Shown piece by piece: positions 20,431 through 30,690 of a DNA stretch of 64,000 nucleotides. The stretch is from a plasmid. The notes under the pieces are model-generated. The model made no database searches. It was not told the DNA's origin and saw nothing but the letters and a program-made list of their open reading frames with translations. Location of the stretch: sequence record NZ_CP033968.1. One strand, given 5' to 3'. Position 1 is the stretch's first letter; the number at the start of each line of letters is the position of its first letter. The position numbers and the translations under genes are program-made.

Positions 20431-21249
20431 TTGACCCTAATGAATACCAAGGTTTTTGACTGGAGAATGCGCCGGAACTGGCTGGCTAGCATCCGCCACT
20501 ATGCAGGCCATGTGCTAACCGTCGAACTGCGACAGCATCTCTCGCAAGAGCGGCCGAAATGCTGGTCGGACGACTTTGCCTGGCTACCCGACTCGGAATA
20601 CGTCCTACCCGAATTCGTCGCTGGCTTAACCAGCTACTACACGCATTTCAAGGGCTTTCATGGCTGCCGCCCGTTGAAGCTGGCCAGCTACTACGAGCGC
20701 GGCTTGCTCGGGCAAGACAGCGAACTTCTTTGCGACGCGTTCCGCGAGATTTTTTCGGATGTACCCAAGGAGGACGTGGATAGTGCCATCAAGCAGTTCG
20801 CCGACCGCAGCGATAGGGAGCGGGGCAAAATGTGGCTCGTGGGAAGTGACGAATTTCTAGTAAAACAATGCGGCCATTACCTCATCCAAGGTAGTGAATA
20901 TTTGATGGCGCTCGCGGCGCATCTGGGCCGTCCCCTGAGTGGTGAAGACTACCGCTTCCGGCTTCGCAACTATGGCATCCCGACAATTCTGGAGGTCGAT
21001 GTCCCAGTAGGCCTCGTGCCTGCGGCGCAGCATGTTGAAGTGGCGAAGATGATCTTGTCCGAGTGGGGGCAACTAGCCGCTCGGCGCCCCTTGGGTTTTG
21101 GGGGTGAGCCCCCCTGCTATGTCGTTCGCCAAGACATCCCCCCCGATTGCGTTCAGGGCCATTACCATCCCAAACAGATTGTTGACCCCCATCAGGGAAA
21201 CCGGCCGTACATCAATGGCCTGCTGACCTGCGATGTGTGCGGCGGGTAA
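20431..21249 (+). CDS. Hypothetical protein (272 aa), C-terminal CxxC.
   Basis: Long ORF co-oriented with its neighbours. No recognisable domain. Confidence 0.35.
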   Translation: MTLMNTKVFDWRMRRNWLASIRHYAGHVLTVELRQHLSQERPKCWSDDFAWLPDSEYVLPEFVAGLTSYYTHFKGFHGCRPLKLASYYERGLLGQDSELLCDAFREIFSDVPKEDVDSAIKQFADRSDRERGKMWLVGSDEFLVKQCGHYLIQGSEYLMALAAHLGRPLSGEDYRFRLRNYGIPTILEVDVPVGLVPAAQHVEVAKMILSEWGQLAARRPLGFGGEPPCYVVRQDIPPDCVQGHYHPKQIVDPHQGNRPYINGLLTCDVCGG

Positions 21250-21306
21250 ATCCGCCGCCAAGCGTGTGGCGACAACACAGACCGGCTTTGAAGAGATACG
21301 AGACTA

Positions 21307-22497
21307 ATGGAGCAACTTGCACAGGTTTTGAGGCAGATCGGGGACCTGCCCCAGATGGAATCGCCGGAACTCAACTTCTACGCGGTTGGCGGCGCGGGGT
21401 ATTTGGAGAACCCTACGTCCGACCTGATGGCTCTTTTCATGGGTGCGGAACCACAAGCGCCGCGATGGCTAGCAAAAGCACTTCTATCGTGTCTCGCAAA
21501 TAGAGGCCTGGCTGAAGGGATCATAGTCGAGTCGGTCGACTGGGACGGCGTTACCGCTGAACGGGAAGTTGCCCAGACCGATCAAGAGAGTGATTCTGTA
21601 AAACGCCTTGATCTCGTGATTTCTGACGGGGACTTCGTTCTGGGCATCGAGAATAAGGTCTACGCCACCGCACGCGGAAACCCGTTCCACGTTTACGACC
21701 GGCTGCTTGCTGAACGCGCAGCCGGTGGGCCAATTATCAAATGCGTACTCCGCCCGACCGATAGGACCTCCGATGTTCCATTGGGATGGCCGGTGGTCAC
21801 CTATCCCGATCTCGTGAAGACAGCGCTCGATCTTCTAGGCCAGGAATTCGTTCGGGCACCGGTATCAAAGTGGCACTTTTTCTACAGAGAATTTCTCAAC
21901 CACCTAGAGTCACTCGCCAACCCAGAGAGCGGCACCATAATGTCAGACGCAGCATTCAGCTTTGCCCTGAAAAACTTCCATGCACTTAGCCAGGCCGCCG
22001 ATCTCCTAGGCGAGTTCAAATCGCAGCTTGAGCACGATGCCACGGCACGCGTGCGAGAACGTCTATCGGCTATGACACTAGAAGGGTCCGTCGCGCTGAC
22101 TTCGAAACAGCAGGTCTGGCGATCCCTTAACCAGCATGTAGTCGAGATTTATCCTGCTAGCTGGGGAAAATATTCGAAGGTGGTACTGGCTTATGGTGAA
22201 GATGAAACGGATGAAGATCATGCGCTGTACTTCTACGTTCTCGGCTACATCAGCTTCGGTACCGAAAAGCAAAGCATCGAAGAGATCAAACAAAGGTTTT
22301 ACGCCGACACGAAGAACGAAGTCAGTTCATGGCGTACCCACTCGGACCCGGCAGACAATTTGTTTGAGGAGGGTCGATCGACCAAGTATCTCGGAATCAG
22401 CGGCATGCCCAAGGATGCGACGCTGAGCGGGGCGTTGCAAGCGCTGGAAGACCTTGCAGCCTGGATGCAGCAGTTTGTATTCACCCCGGCGCAATGA
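21307..22497 (+). CDS. PD-(D/E)xK nuclease-superfamily protein (396 aa) with the nuclease motif in the N-terminal third.
   Basis: Canonical motif RLDLVISDGDFVLGIENKVYA (D ... D/E-x-K) at residues ~100-125. Confidence 0.5.
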   Translation: MEQLAQVLRQIGDLPQMESPELNFYAVGGAGYLENPTSDLMALFMGAEPQAPRWLAKALLSCLANRGLAEGIIVESVDWDGVTAEREVAQTDQESDSVKRLDLVISDGDFVLGIENKVYATARGNPFHVYDRLLAERAAGGPIIKCVLRPTDRTSDVPLGWPVVTYPDLVKTALDLLGQEFVRAPVSKWHFFYREFLNHLESLANPESGTIMSDAAFSFALKNFHALSQAADLLGEFKSQLEHDATARVRERLSAMTLEGSVALTSKQQVWRSLNQHVVEIYPASWGKYSKVVLAYGEDETDEDHALYFYVLGYISFGTEKQSIEEIKQRFYADTKNEVSSWRTHSDPADNLFEEGRSTKYLGISGMPKDATLSGALQALEDLAAWMQQFVFTPAQ

Positions 22498-22604
22498 CTT
22501 CGGCAATTAAGCCCGGCGCGACGGAGGTAATCTAGCCGCCCCCCATGTGCGCCCTGTGACACAGATCAAGACCAACCATCACCAGAATCGCAAGACGATC
22601 AACA

Positions 22605-23297
22605 ATGACGAATTCTCTCATTCGACCCACAGTCGGCGAGGTGTATCAACTCCTCCAAGGCGTCAGTGGCCTGCTCGTACATTTTTCTGGGGCGCCGAAA
22701 GGCGCGGGGAAAACTGACGCTGAAAGATTGTGGTTCCCTGACGACCTGCAGAAGGTACTTGACGGGAAAGCGCAAGGAGGACTCTCCGCGTCGGTGGTCA
22801 TGCCAGGCGACCGGTTTGGGCAACACTATGCGAGCAATGCGGTTGGTTGCGTTGGTGTGATTCTCGGCCTGCACTCTCCGCAATCCCTACGGTGTGCAGA
22901 TGCGGCAGATTGTGGCTCGTGGACTGACCAGACGGGAAGCCGAATGTGCGACGCGCCAGCGAGCCTCTCAATTCAAGAATTGGCGCTGACGATTTCCAAT
23001 CGGCGCCAAGGTTGCTACAACGAATGGGTGATTGCCGACTACATCCCGCTTGGAATTCTCGCGATGCCTCCGTTTGAGGTGCGAACCGGAGGGTCGCCTT
23101 CTGACTTGCCAGGCGGCGGCGACCTTTCGCCCGAACTCGCCGGAGACAGCCCCGTTGAGGTTCCAAAGTTTCTCGATCTGGCAAGCGTGCGCAGGGTCTT
23201 TCCGAGTCAGCCGCTCTACACGATGACTGGAGAAGGCATTGCCTTGGTAGGGCCAGACGACAGTACCTCAATCATTCTTCACGACCAGATCTATTGA
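22605..23297 (+). CDS. Hypothetical protein (230 aa).
   Basis: ORF co-oriented with its neighbours. No domain recognised. Confidence 0.35.
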   Translation: MTNSLIRPTVGEVYQLLQGVSGLLVHFSGAPKGAGKTDAERLWFPDDLQKVLDGKAQGGLSASVVMPGDRFGQHYASNAVGCVGVILGLHSPQSLRCADAADCGSWTDQTGSRMCDAPASLSIQELALTISNRRQGCYNEWVIADYIPLGILAMPPFEVRTGGSPSDLPGGGDLSPELAGDSPVEVPKFLDLASVRRVFPSQPLYTMTGEGIALVGPDDSTSIILHDQIY

Positions 23298-23511
23298 GCA
23301 GGGGCGGGCCAGCCAATGGCGGCATGACATGGCAGGGGAACGGCCGGTCACCCAGACCAATGATCAGACCACTTGATCTTCTGCCGACGATGAGTATCAT
23401 GCTTGGAGCGCTGCCCAAGCCTTCCGTGCACCCGCCGACTCGGCGGATGGTAAAACAGGGCCTATTCCACCTCCTCATTCTCGTGCTGACTTCTGTCGCG
23501 GCCGAGGCAAT

Positions 23512-25098
23512 GTGCACACCTCTCACGCCGCGCAAAATGGAAGACTCAGCATGCCTGCTCTTGCACACCCCTATGGGTCCAACGGGTTCTGGAACGATCT
23601 GGCCAGACGACTCGAGCCTTTCTTGGGCAACGTCAAAGTCTGTCTGGGTGGGAATTGGTACGACCGCTTCGAAGACCTGTTCACCAAGCCTGATTTCGAG
23701 ACTGTCGCAATCGCCGAAGGCGGTCTGCCCCAAGCACGCTATCTGATTGAGCTGCAAAACTCAGCAGATGTCCTGGCGAGTCGCTACGACTGGCTAATGG
23801 CAGGAGCATCGGAGGCAGAGTGTGTCGCCGCTCTGCTAGATATGTGTCGAGACTCCGATCAATGGCCAACCGCTATATCTCGAGCCCACAATATCCTTGC
23901 ATTCTCGCGCGACAACGTCCCGTTTGCAGAGATTAGACCAGTCCCTGAGCCGCCTCGCTGGTCCAGCGCGACACTTGACCGCGCCGAGCACGCGCTAGGT
24001 CGGTTGCACAAGAACGGCGACTCGGAAAAGGAGTTCGCCAATCGAATCAAGCGATGGCCGGGATTCGAATCAGTCCAGGTAGGTGATCGCGAGCAAACGA
24101 CGCCGCAGTGGGGTCACTGGCCTAGCCCGGCGGAGTGGCTGATATTGGCTCGACAGCTTCTCAGCATCGCGGGAGCAACCGAAGCCGGCACTGCGCAAGC
24201 GCAGGCGCTGGTTGCCGCCATCTTTGACGTGGCCAGCTGGCATCACCTTTGCGGGCTGATGCCTGGTTGTCGCGATGCCCAGTGGTGGGCATTGCAGGGC
24301 CCGTTTTTAACTTCTCTCGGACGGAATTCTGAGGACGAACGGGTGTTCCCTGGCCCTGTAGAGGCCTTCATGGATTTCATTACTCGCGGGACAAAGCTTA
24401 GTCCTGATGATGGCCCTTGGACCGCCCGTATAAGCTGGCCTTTGGAAATGCCCTATATAACGCTTGAATCCGAACGCCGCCACGATGGAGGGCCCTATCC
24501 GTTGCCAATTTTGGGGGCGAGCATGGAGGCGGTGTGCCATACCTCTGCTAGACCAGAGAGCCTTGCTGCCATAGCGTCGCCACTGAGCACTAACGACCTT
24601 GAAGGGGTGTTAGCGTGCTTTGTGATCGACCCTAACGACGACAGCTACTCCACCCGCATTTTCCACAGAGCGAACTTTGGTGGGCTGCTCTGCAAAGGCT
24701 TCGTTACGAGCGATGGCCCATATATCACTTGCGGAGACGGCTGGATGGACAGCACTCCGCTCGGCGTCTCGATGCTTCGGAAGTTTCAGCCCCATCCAAA
24801 GAATGGCCGCCCCCAGAAAGAGGGATGGTGGCTGGTGAAGTACTCCAGTGAGGCCAGGGTTGATCTGACGCGGTTCTCGGAAACACAGATCCAGCAGCTC
24901 AGTAAAGAGTTTGGCATCGTGGTTGCCGGTGAAGCCGAGTACGGGGACGACGAAGAGCGGTTCTTTTCCTCACCTGCCTGGTCAGCTCTGCAGGACTGGG
25001 CACGGTCACACCCTGAGTTGGCGAAAGACTTAGCCGAAGGGGCGTCCTACTTACCAGGCTGGTACCAGCGAGCAAAGCGCAAGGCGGCGTTGCACTGA
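23512..25098 (+). CDS. Large hypothetical protein (528 aa). Start uncertain; an alternative start is MPALAHPYG at 23551.
   Basis: Long uninterrupted ORF in a lower-GC region. No recognisable catalytic motif. Confidence 0.4.
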   Translation: MHTSHAAQNGRLSMPALAHPYGSNGFWNDLARRLEPFLGNVKVCLGGNWYDRFEDLFTKPDFETVAIAEGGLPQARYLIELQNSADVLASRYDWLMAGASEAECVAALLDMCRDSDQWPTAISRAHNILAFSRDNVPFAEIRPVPEPPRWSSATLDRAEHALGRLHKNGDSEKEFANRIKRWPGFESVQVGDREQTTPQWGHWPSPAEWLILARQLLSIAGATEAGTAQAQALVAAIFDVASWHHLCGLMPGCRDAQWWALQGPFLTSLGRNSEDERVFPGPVEAFMDFITRGTKLSPDDGPWTARISWPLEMPYITLESERRHDGGPYPLPILGASMEAVCHTSARPESLAAIASPLSTNDLEGVLACFVIDPNDDSYSTRIFHRANFGGLLCKGFVTSDGPYITCGDGWMDSTPLGVSMLRKFQPHPKNGRPQKEGWWLVKYSSEARVDLTRFSETQIQQLSKEFGIVVAGEAEYGDDEERFFSSPAWSALQDWARSHPELAKDLAEGASYLPGWYQRAKRKAALH

Positions 25099-25210
25099 TC
25101 TCCGGTCAGCATTCTGGATGTACATGCGCGAGAGAGGGGTAAGGGAGGCAAGGCCACGGCCAGAGTTGATTGGTACAATCCGCCGTGAGCCTTAGCCACC
25201 TACTTTCGAT

Positions 25211-25543
25211 ATGAAACAGTTCACGTTTGAGGATGTTCTGAGTCTGACTTTCGACGAGCTTGGCGCCATAGAAGACCCCATGCAATTGGCCGCCACCGCG
25301 CAAGTCTCACCGATGCTTGTACGGTACGTCATCAGAACGGACCAACTCGAAGAGAGGTACCGCGGCGTCCGAATGCGCACCTTGCTCGGTGCAATCGACG
25401 TAGCTGCCGCGGCAGTAAAATGGCCAAACGTGGTCGGGCAGAAAGCTCTGTTGGCACAGAAGGATGCCGACGTTGATGCCTATTTGGATGAGCTACAACC
25501 GCATGTAGCCAAGGCAATCGAATTGGCGCCCAAGTACCACTGA
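25211..25543 (+). CDS. Hypothetical small protein.
   Basis: 110-aa ORF followed by a hairpin terminator. Confidence 0.35.
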   Translation: MKQFTFEDVLSLTFDELGAIEDPMQLAATAQVSPMLVRYVIRTDQLEERYRGVRMRTLLGAIDVAAAAVKWPNVVGQKALLAQKDADVDAYLDELQPHVAKAIELAPKYH

Positions 25544-25554
25544 CCCATGAAAAA

Positions 25555-25575
25555 AGGCCCGCGACTTAGCGGGCC
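25555..25575. terminator. Bidirectional rho-independent terminator hairpin between convergent genes.
   Basis: GGCCCGCGACTTAGCGGGCC, flanked by an A-run upstream and a T-rich stretch downstream. Confidence 0.4.
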
Positions 25576-25605
25576 TTGGTTCATCAAACGGTAGGTTGCG
25601 TACGA

Positions 25606-25974
25606 TTACTTCATCGAGGGCCAGCCCATCGGCTCGGCCTCGTTCAGCGCAACATCTGCCTCATTGACCATGGTCGTCACGACCGCAAACTGTTCCTCCG
25701 TCAACTTCTTTGCGGAAGCCAATCCGATGGCTTCCGAGTACTTGCGAGCAGCTTGCTCGCACTGCGTCTTTTGCTCGCCCAAGGTCTGAAGTTCCTCAGG
25801 GTCCGTATCGTCGTCAGAGTTGTCCAGGGCTTTATCGAAGGCGCTGGTGAGGTGACCGTCAAGGCGTGCCAGATGACGCTGGCACTTGCGGATGTGTCGT
25901 TTAACGTGGTTGACTTCGGCTCGATCTGCGAGAGCCACCGGCTCGCTAGATGAACCACCCGTGTCAGTTGTCAT
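25606..25974 (-). CDS. Hypothetical acidic protein. Start reassigned to MTTDTGG.
   Basis: GGAG RBS 8 nt upstream of the ATG at 25974. Confidence 0.4.
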   Translation of the reverse strand: MTTDTGGSSSEPVALADRAEVNHVKRHIRKCQRHLARLDGHLTSAFDKALDNSDDDTDPEELQTLGEQKTQCEQAARKYSEAIGLASAKKLTEEQFAVVTTMVNEADVALNEAEPMGWPSMK

Positions 25975-26192
25975 AATCAACTCCAGGAAAGAGACTATTG
26001 CTCTGAGCTGGCGCCAATTCAAGTTGAGAGGGTGATCAATCCTCCTGGTCGACAATCTACCCGAAGGTTACGCCGTTTGGAAGGCGGCAGATGCGTCCGG
26101 GAACCCAAGCTCTGAGCGCCGGCCCACACGGCAATCCCCGGGCTCTCCTGCCGTGCTAGATTGCAGAAATCTATAGGCCAGAGGTACAAACC

Positions 26193-26372
26193 ATGGAAGT
26201 GGAAGGTCAAGTCCTATACGTCTACCGCTGTCCGACGTGCGGCCACCGTGGCGAAGTTCATTTCGCCGACGACTCGCATGATGCCGCTTCCCATACTTGC
26301 GCTTCGTGTGGTGGTCAGGTCTCGCTCGAGTGGGATGGCGGCGTGACGTTCGATGTTGTGCCAAAGTCCTGA
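26193..26372 (+). CDS. Small zinc-ribbon protein (59 aa, CPTC ... CASC). Below the threshold of the supplied ORF track.
   Basis: AGAGGT RBS 6 nt before the ATG. The two CxxC pairs are spaced as in a zinc ribbon. Confidence 0.4.
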   Translation: MEVEGQVLYVYRCPTCGHRGEVHFADDSHDAASHTCASCGGQVSLEWDGGVTFDVVPKS

Positions 26373-26623
26373 TCTACCTACCAAGGGCACGCCCCAAAAT
26401 CCTTCACCTCCACGCCCCAAATCTGTTCCCCTTTGCGCCGGCGGTGGCGTCAAGTTGCACAGATGCGCCTTCGCCGCTAATATCTTGCGGTGGATGGCCT
26501 CCCAACCTGCCGACGGGTTAAACGGCCTGCGATACCTACGGACACTCGTCCTCGGCATGTGAATCTCCATTTCATTGTGCCCGCATGTAATCGTCGGTTG
26601 TGGGCAAGAAACGGAGTTTTCCC

Positions 26624-27238
26624 ATGTTGCTGCTATTCCCATCCGCTCTCACTCAGAACTCAGCTGGCGAACACAAGAAGGCCGCGCGAGAGCAATTTTC
26701 TGGCATCAAATCGTCGCACTTGAGCGAAGCCATCGCGTCTGGTTTTGGCTATCAGTCCCATGCGGCTCTGCTCGCCGCGCTGGGTAGCAACGCCCGCCCG
26801 CGCAGTAATTTCTCTTTGATTGGTTTCGGGAAGCGGTTGACTGAACTCGGATACGAACGCCCAGCGGATTTCCTGGCCGACCAGGACGTGCCCTGGGCAG
26901 TTCAATGCCTGGTGTCCCTCATGATCGAGGCGGGATTTCGAGACTCTCTTGCTAGCAACAGTTCACGGATCGGCGTCACCAAGACAATTGATGCGCTCAA
27001 TGTCGCCGGTTGCACCGAGTTCAATTTCAAGGCCCTAGGCCGGCAAGCGCAACAGCAACAGACCCGAGCCTTGCGCGAACTCTTCAGCACGGTTATCGAG
27101 TTGCAAGTCTCGGTGCGAGACGGCGATCGCGTATTGAGATCGCCGATTGTCCGAGAGGTAGGAATCGAGACGCCAACCAACTGCATATTGTTCTCGCTAG
27201 CGGACGTTATTGTCCGAGCGGCCCGGTTAGCAGCTTAG
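26624..27238 (+). CDS. Hypothetical protein.
   Basis: AACGGAG RBS before the ATG at 26624. Confidence 0.4.
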   Translation: MLLLFPSALTQNSAGEHKKAAREQFSGIKSSHLSEAIASGFGYQSHAALLAALGSNARPRSNFSLIGFGKRLTELGYERPADFLADQDVPWAVQCLVSLMIEAGFRDSLASNSSRIGVTKTIDALNVAGCTEFNFKALGRQAQQQQTRALRELFSTVIELQVSVRDGDRVLRSPIVREVGIETPTNCILFSLADVIVRAARLAA

Positions 27239-27703
27239 CGCCCTACGTGTGACGCTTGATGCACATAACGTCTATTATGTTAAATGCGCCAAGCAAACCA
27301 GCCGGGGAGATGCGAGATGGTTAAAAGGCGGGTATGATGCCCATTTTCCCGGCTTCGGTGCCGTGTCTGGCACATTGTTGATCGGGGACTTCCTCAGCGG
27401 ATGTCTGGTGTTGTTTGCTTCCTTGTTTATGGTGTTCGAGGTCGAGATCGGCGTCGAGGCTCATTTGAAAGGAAAAAAATGAAACTGAGATTCAAGCTGA
27501 AAAGCAATCGAAGGGGCGCGGGGTTACTGGGGGTATGCGCACTGGACACTGCAGGGGAGTCACGATCGCATACGTGGCAGACTTAGGCCCAAAGAGTGCC
27601 TCAGCCCCCGCCAATTCCAAGAAACGCTCCACTGGGGCGTTTTTTTTCGACCCTCGTCAGCTGGCGGGCGTCGCACGAAGGATGAACTAGTAGGAGTAAC
27701 AAG

Positions 27704-28102
27704 ATGAGTTTTCATTTTCATCCGATTCCGGCTGCCGGGAACGGCGGCGGCGTATCGGTCGTGGCCGCATACGCGAGTTTCAACCCCCAACACGATAAAA
27801 CCTGGGAATTCTCCGGCTGGCTCGAATCGGTGCGAACACGAGCCCTCGACTACTTCCCAGACCTCAGCGAGCAGGTGTACTTGCGGATGTACCTGCCGCA
27901 GAATGTGCTCAACCTATACAGCAAGGGTGGCGGAGTCCGGGAAATGGCTCTGCGTCACCTCATCCCTGGCAATTCAAGACGTCATACTCGCATCGCGTAC
28001 TTCGACTGGGTCACGAGCGACCAAATCTTTGACGTTGAGGCTGACTTTGACCAGTTCATCCAGTTCGTGCAAATGAACTGGCCGAGGCTCCGGAGCTACT
28101 GA
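27704..28102 (+). CDS. Hypothetical protein.
   Basis: GTAGGAG RBS before the ATG. Confidence 0.4.
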   Translation: MSFHFHPIPAAGNGGGVSVVAAYASFNPQHDKTWEFSGWLESVRTRALDYFPDLSEQVYLRMYLPQNVLNLYSKGGGVREMALRHLIPGNSRRHTRIAYFDWVTSDQIFDVEADFDQFIQFVQMNWPRLRSY

Positions 28103-28483
28103 TCTGGCATTGGCCGAGCGCCCCAGAACAGAGGCCACTCTGGCCGGCGCTGGCCGCACAAAACTAATGTCAGCAGGCCATTGTTAATCAACACCCGGCT
28201 CGCGTTCGAAAAACCGACAGGAGAGCGCCCGAATCGGCGCATATGGCACAGCATGCGGGCAGTCCATCCATAGCCGAGGGTGAGGAAATTCTGGCCGGAC
28301 GCCGAACTGCAGCCGCGAGCAGGTGCGGCAGATGGAATCCTCTGGCACGACATAGGATGGCATCGGCAGGGGTGGGGGCTCAAAACCGGCACTCACGAAA
28401 TTGAACTGGATATTTGTACAGTACTCCCATTGTAGATCGGCATCTGGCCGCGCCCTTGCGACCCGGGTGGTGCTTACGGCGGT

Positions 28484-29455
28484 CTAGCGGTCATCTTCTT
28501 CGTCGGCTTCTGCACATCCATCGTTGTACCGCTGCGTTGGTACAGAAACATAGTTCACGGCGGAGAGATTGATCGCAACTTGCTTATACGAGCCCTCGAC
28601 ATCGAGAGTCACAAATGGCACGTCCTGGTAGGGATACTCGAGAGTGAAGCAGAATGCGTTGTAAATCGAGCAATCATCCTCCACGTCGACATCATGTTGA
28701 CCGATGCATGGCAGGTTCCAGACCACACAATTTGCGCGATCCATATACCGATCCAAGATCTTCTTGTCCACCGAAGCAACAACTGCGTCCCAATCCAAAC
28801 CCTCGAATTCAACTCTGCTAGGCGTCCCGCCCAAAGCGGGCGAGGATGGTCGAATATGAGTGAAAACCGCCAGAACCTCTTCTTCGGTGAATTCAGCCTT
28901 CGCCAGAAGATCATGGGGGGAGTCCAGTTGTGACACTATCCTCCAAAACGTATCATCCGGAGCAACACCAAGGTACTGGTCACCATATTCCTCTGGCCCA
29001 CCCTCGCCCACTTCATGGCCGGTTAGGTACATGTCGCCCATCGCTGCGCGACGGATGTACACGGTCCTGTTATCCAATGATTGGATGACAATCCCTAGCG
29101 TGTCGGCATCATCCAGCTGTATCAGGATGCGACTGCGTTCTCCATCAGATATCGGCAGTAGCAACGGCGGACAGCCGGTACTAAAGTGAATCGCTGCGAA
29201 TCCGTAGTTCTTCCTGTCTGCAGGAAGTTGCTCATCCATTCCCTCGATATCAAATGGCTCAGGCTGCCCTCGCAAGTACTCTACAGATACCCCGAGTGCC
29301 TCCGACAGAGAAATCACCTTCGCCTCTGGAACCTCGATCTCGCCGGACTCCCACCTGTGATAGGTCGATTGGCTCAGGCCGAGCCGCTTTGCAATTTCGC
29401 TTTGCGTCAAGCGCGCAAGACGCCTCGCTCTTTTCATCGCGTTTTTGCGGACCAT
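28484..29455 (-). CDS. XRE-family HTH transcriptional regulator with a ~240-aa C-terminal domain of unknown function.
   Basis: N-terminal LTQSEIAKRLGLSQSTYHRWESGEIEVPEAKVISLSEALGVSVEYL is a classic XRE/Cro HTH. Confidence 0.7.
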   Translation of the reverse strand: MVRKNAMKRARRLARLTQSEIAKRLGLSQSTYHRWESGEIEVPEAKVISLSEALGVSVEYLRGQPEPFDIEGMDEQLPADRKNYGFAAIHFSTGCPPLLLPISDGERSRILIQLDDADTLGIVIQSLDNRTVYIRRAAMGDMYLTGHEVGEGGPEEYGDQYLGVAPDDTFWRIVSQLDSPHDLLAKAEFTEEEVLAVFTHIRPSSPALGGTPSRVEFEGLDWDAVVASVDKKILDRYMDRANCVVWNLPCIGQHDVDVEDDCSIYNAFCFTLEYPYQDVPFVTLDVEGSYKQVAINLSAVNYVSVPTQRYNDGCAEADEEDDR

Positions 29456-29684
29456 GATTCACCTCCATGTCGACGCATCCTATGCGAATAATATGCGTCA
29501 AGATGGAATGATCAAGGATAGGAATGAGTTCTCTCGCACTTTCATTGCTGTGATCCTGATGGATGGCGCTGGGTTCGAAAACCCGCAGCCGCGGCTGGCT
29601 GTCGTTGGCGCCTCGCCTGGCGTAGACTCGCGTTGGCCGGCACCAATCATCAGAGAGCCGATAGCAGAGCAAGGGGGAAGTCAG

Positions 29685-30056
29685 ATGGCTCGGCACTTTA
29701 GGCTTGGCATGTGGAATCGGCTAGCGATTGTTCTGACAGTGATCCTCTCGCTTGGGGTGCCGACGTACTTCCATTTTGCCCGCGGTTTGCAGTTGCAGAT
29801 CGATTTCGACAAGTCTTTGCAGGACTGCAAGGACATTGCCATCAGCAAGGGGCTGCAGCTTGACCCCGCAGCGGACTACATCGGGGTTTGCCAGAAGCAA
29901 ACCAAGATGATGTACGCATGGGAAGAACAGCATGAGCCGTACATGTATGTCAGACACATTGTCGCCATGTTCGCCCTTTCAGTGGCTGCCTATTTGCTCA
30001 TTTGGGCCGGCGCGGCAGTGGCACGGTGGATCTTGCGCGGGCGCACGCGCGCATAG
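29685..30056 (+). CDS. Small membrane protein. Start reassigned to MARHFRL.
   Basis: AAGGGGGAAG RBS. Hydrophobic segment LAIVLTVILSLGV, and a second near the C-terminus. Confidence 0.45.
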   Translation: MARHFRLGMWNRLAIVLTVILSLGVPTYFHFARGLQLQIDFDKSLQDCKDIAISKGLQLDPAADYIGVCQKQTKMMYAWEEQHEPYMYVRHIVAMFALSVAAYLLIWAGAAVARWILRGRTRA

Positions 30057-30075
30057 CTGCTAGCAAGGGCCCGCC

Positions 30076-30690
30076 GTGCCGCGCCGGCAACTGCTCGAGC
30101 TCGAGGATATTCAGCCGATGCTGGCGGTAGCCAGTAAGGCCCTGCCGCGTACGGGCACCTGGCAGTATTCCCCGTAGCACGATGGTTACCGCACGCTGGC
30201 CACACGGGATCGGTTGCGCACGCGCGGCGGCGCGGATGCCACGACATGGTTTCCGGAGATTCCTGCCACGCTAACCGGTCTGCCCGCTGGCCATCACATC
30301 ATCGACGGCGAGATGTGCGTGCTGGTCAACGGGCGCTCCGACTTCGTACAGTTGCACGAGCGCGCTATGCGGCGCCGCTGGTATCCGGGCGCACCACCAG
30401 TGGTGCTGTGTGCGTTCGATCTGCTGGTGCATGCCGGCACGGACATTCGTGGCAAACCCATCGAGGAGCGCCAGGCACGCTTGGCGGCGTTGGTGTCGGG
30501 TTTGCCTGGCGTGCTGTATGTGAGCGCCATCGATGACGGCGCGGCGATGTGGGCTGCCGTGATTGCGCTGCAGCTTGAGGGAATGGTGGCGAAGCGCGTA
30601 GGCAGCGCCTACGTGGCTGGGCCCTCGCGCGACTGGCTCAAGATCAAGAGACCGGGCGCCACCCTTCCCGGCTTCAAGCGCGATATCTGA
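30076..30690 (+). pseudogene. ATP-dependent DNA ligase (adenylation-domain) pseudogene with an in-frame TAG at the position where the conserved KxDGxR catalytic lysine is expected.
   Basis: In one frame: ...PMLAVASKALPRTGTWQYSP*HDGYRTLA ... RSDFVQLHERAMRR ... EGMVAKRVGSAYVAGPSRDWLKIKRPG. These are ligase motifs I (with * replacing K), IV and V. The TAG lies at ~30148-30150. Confidence 0.6.
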
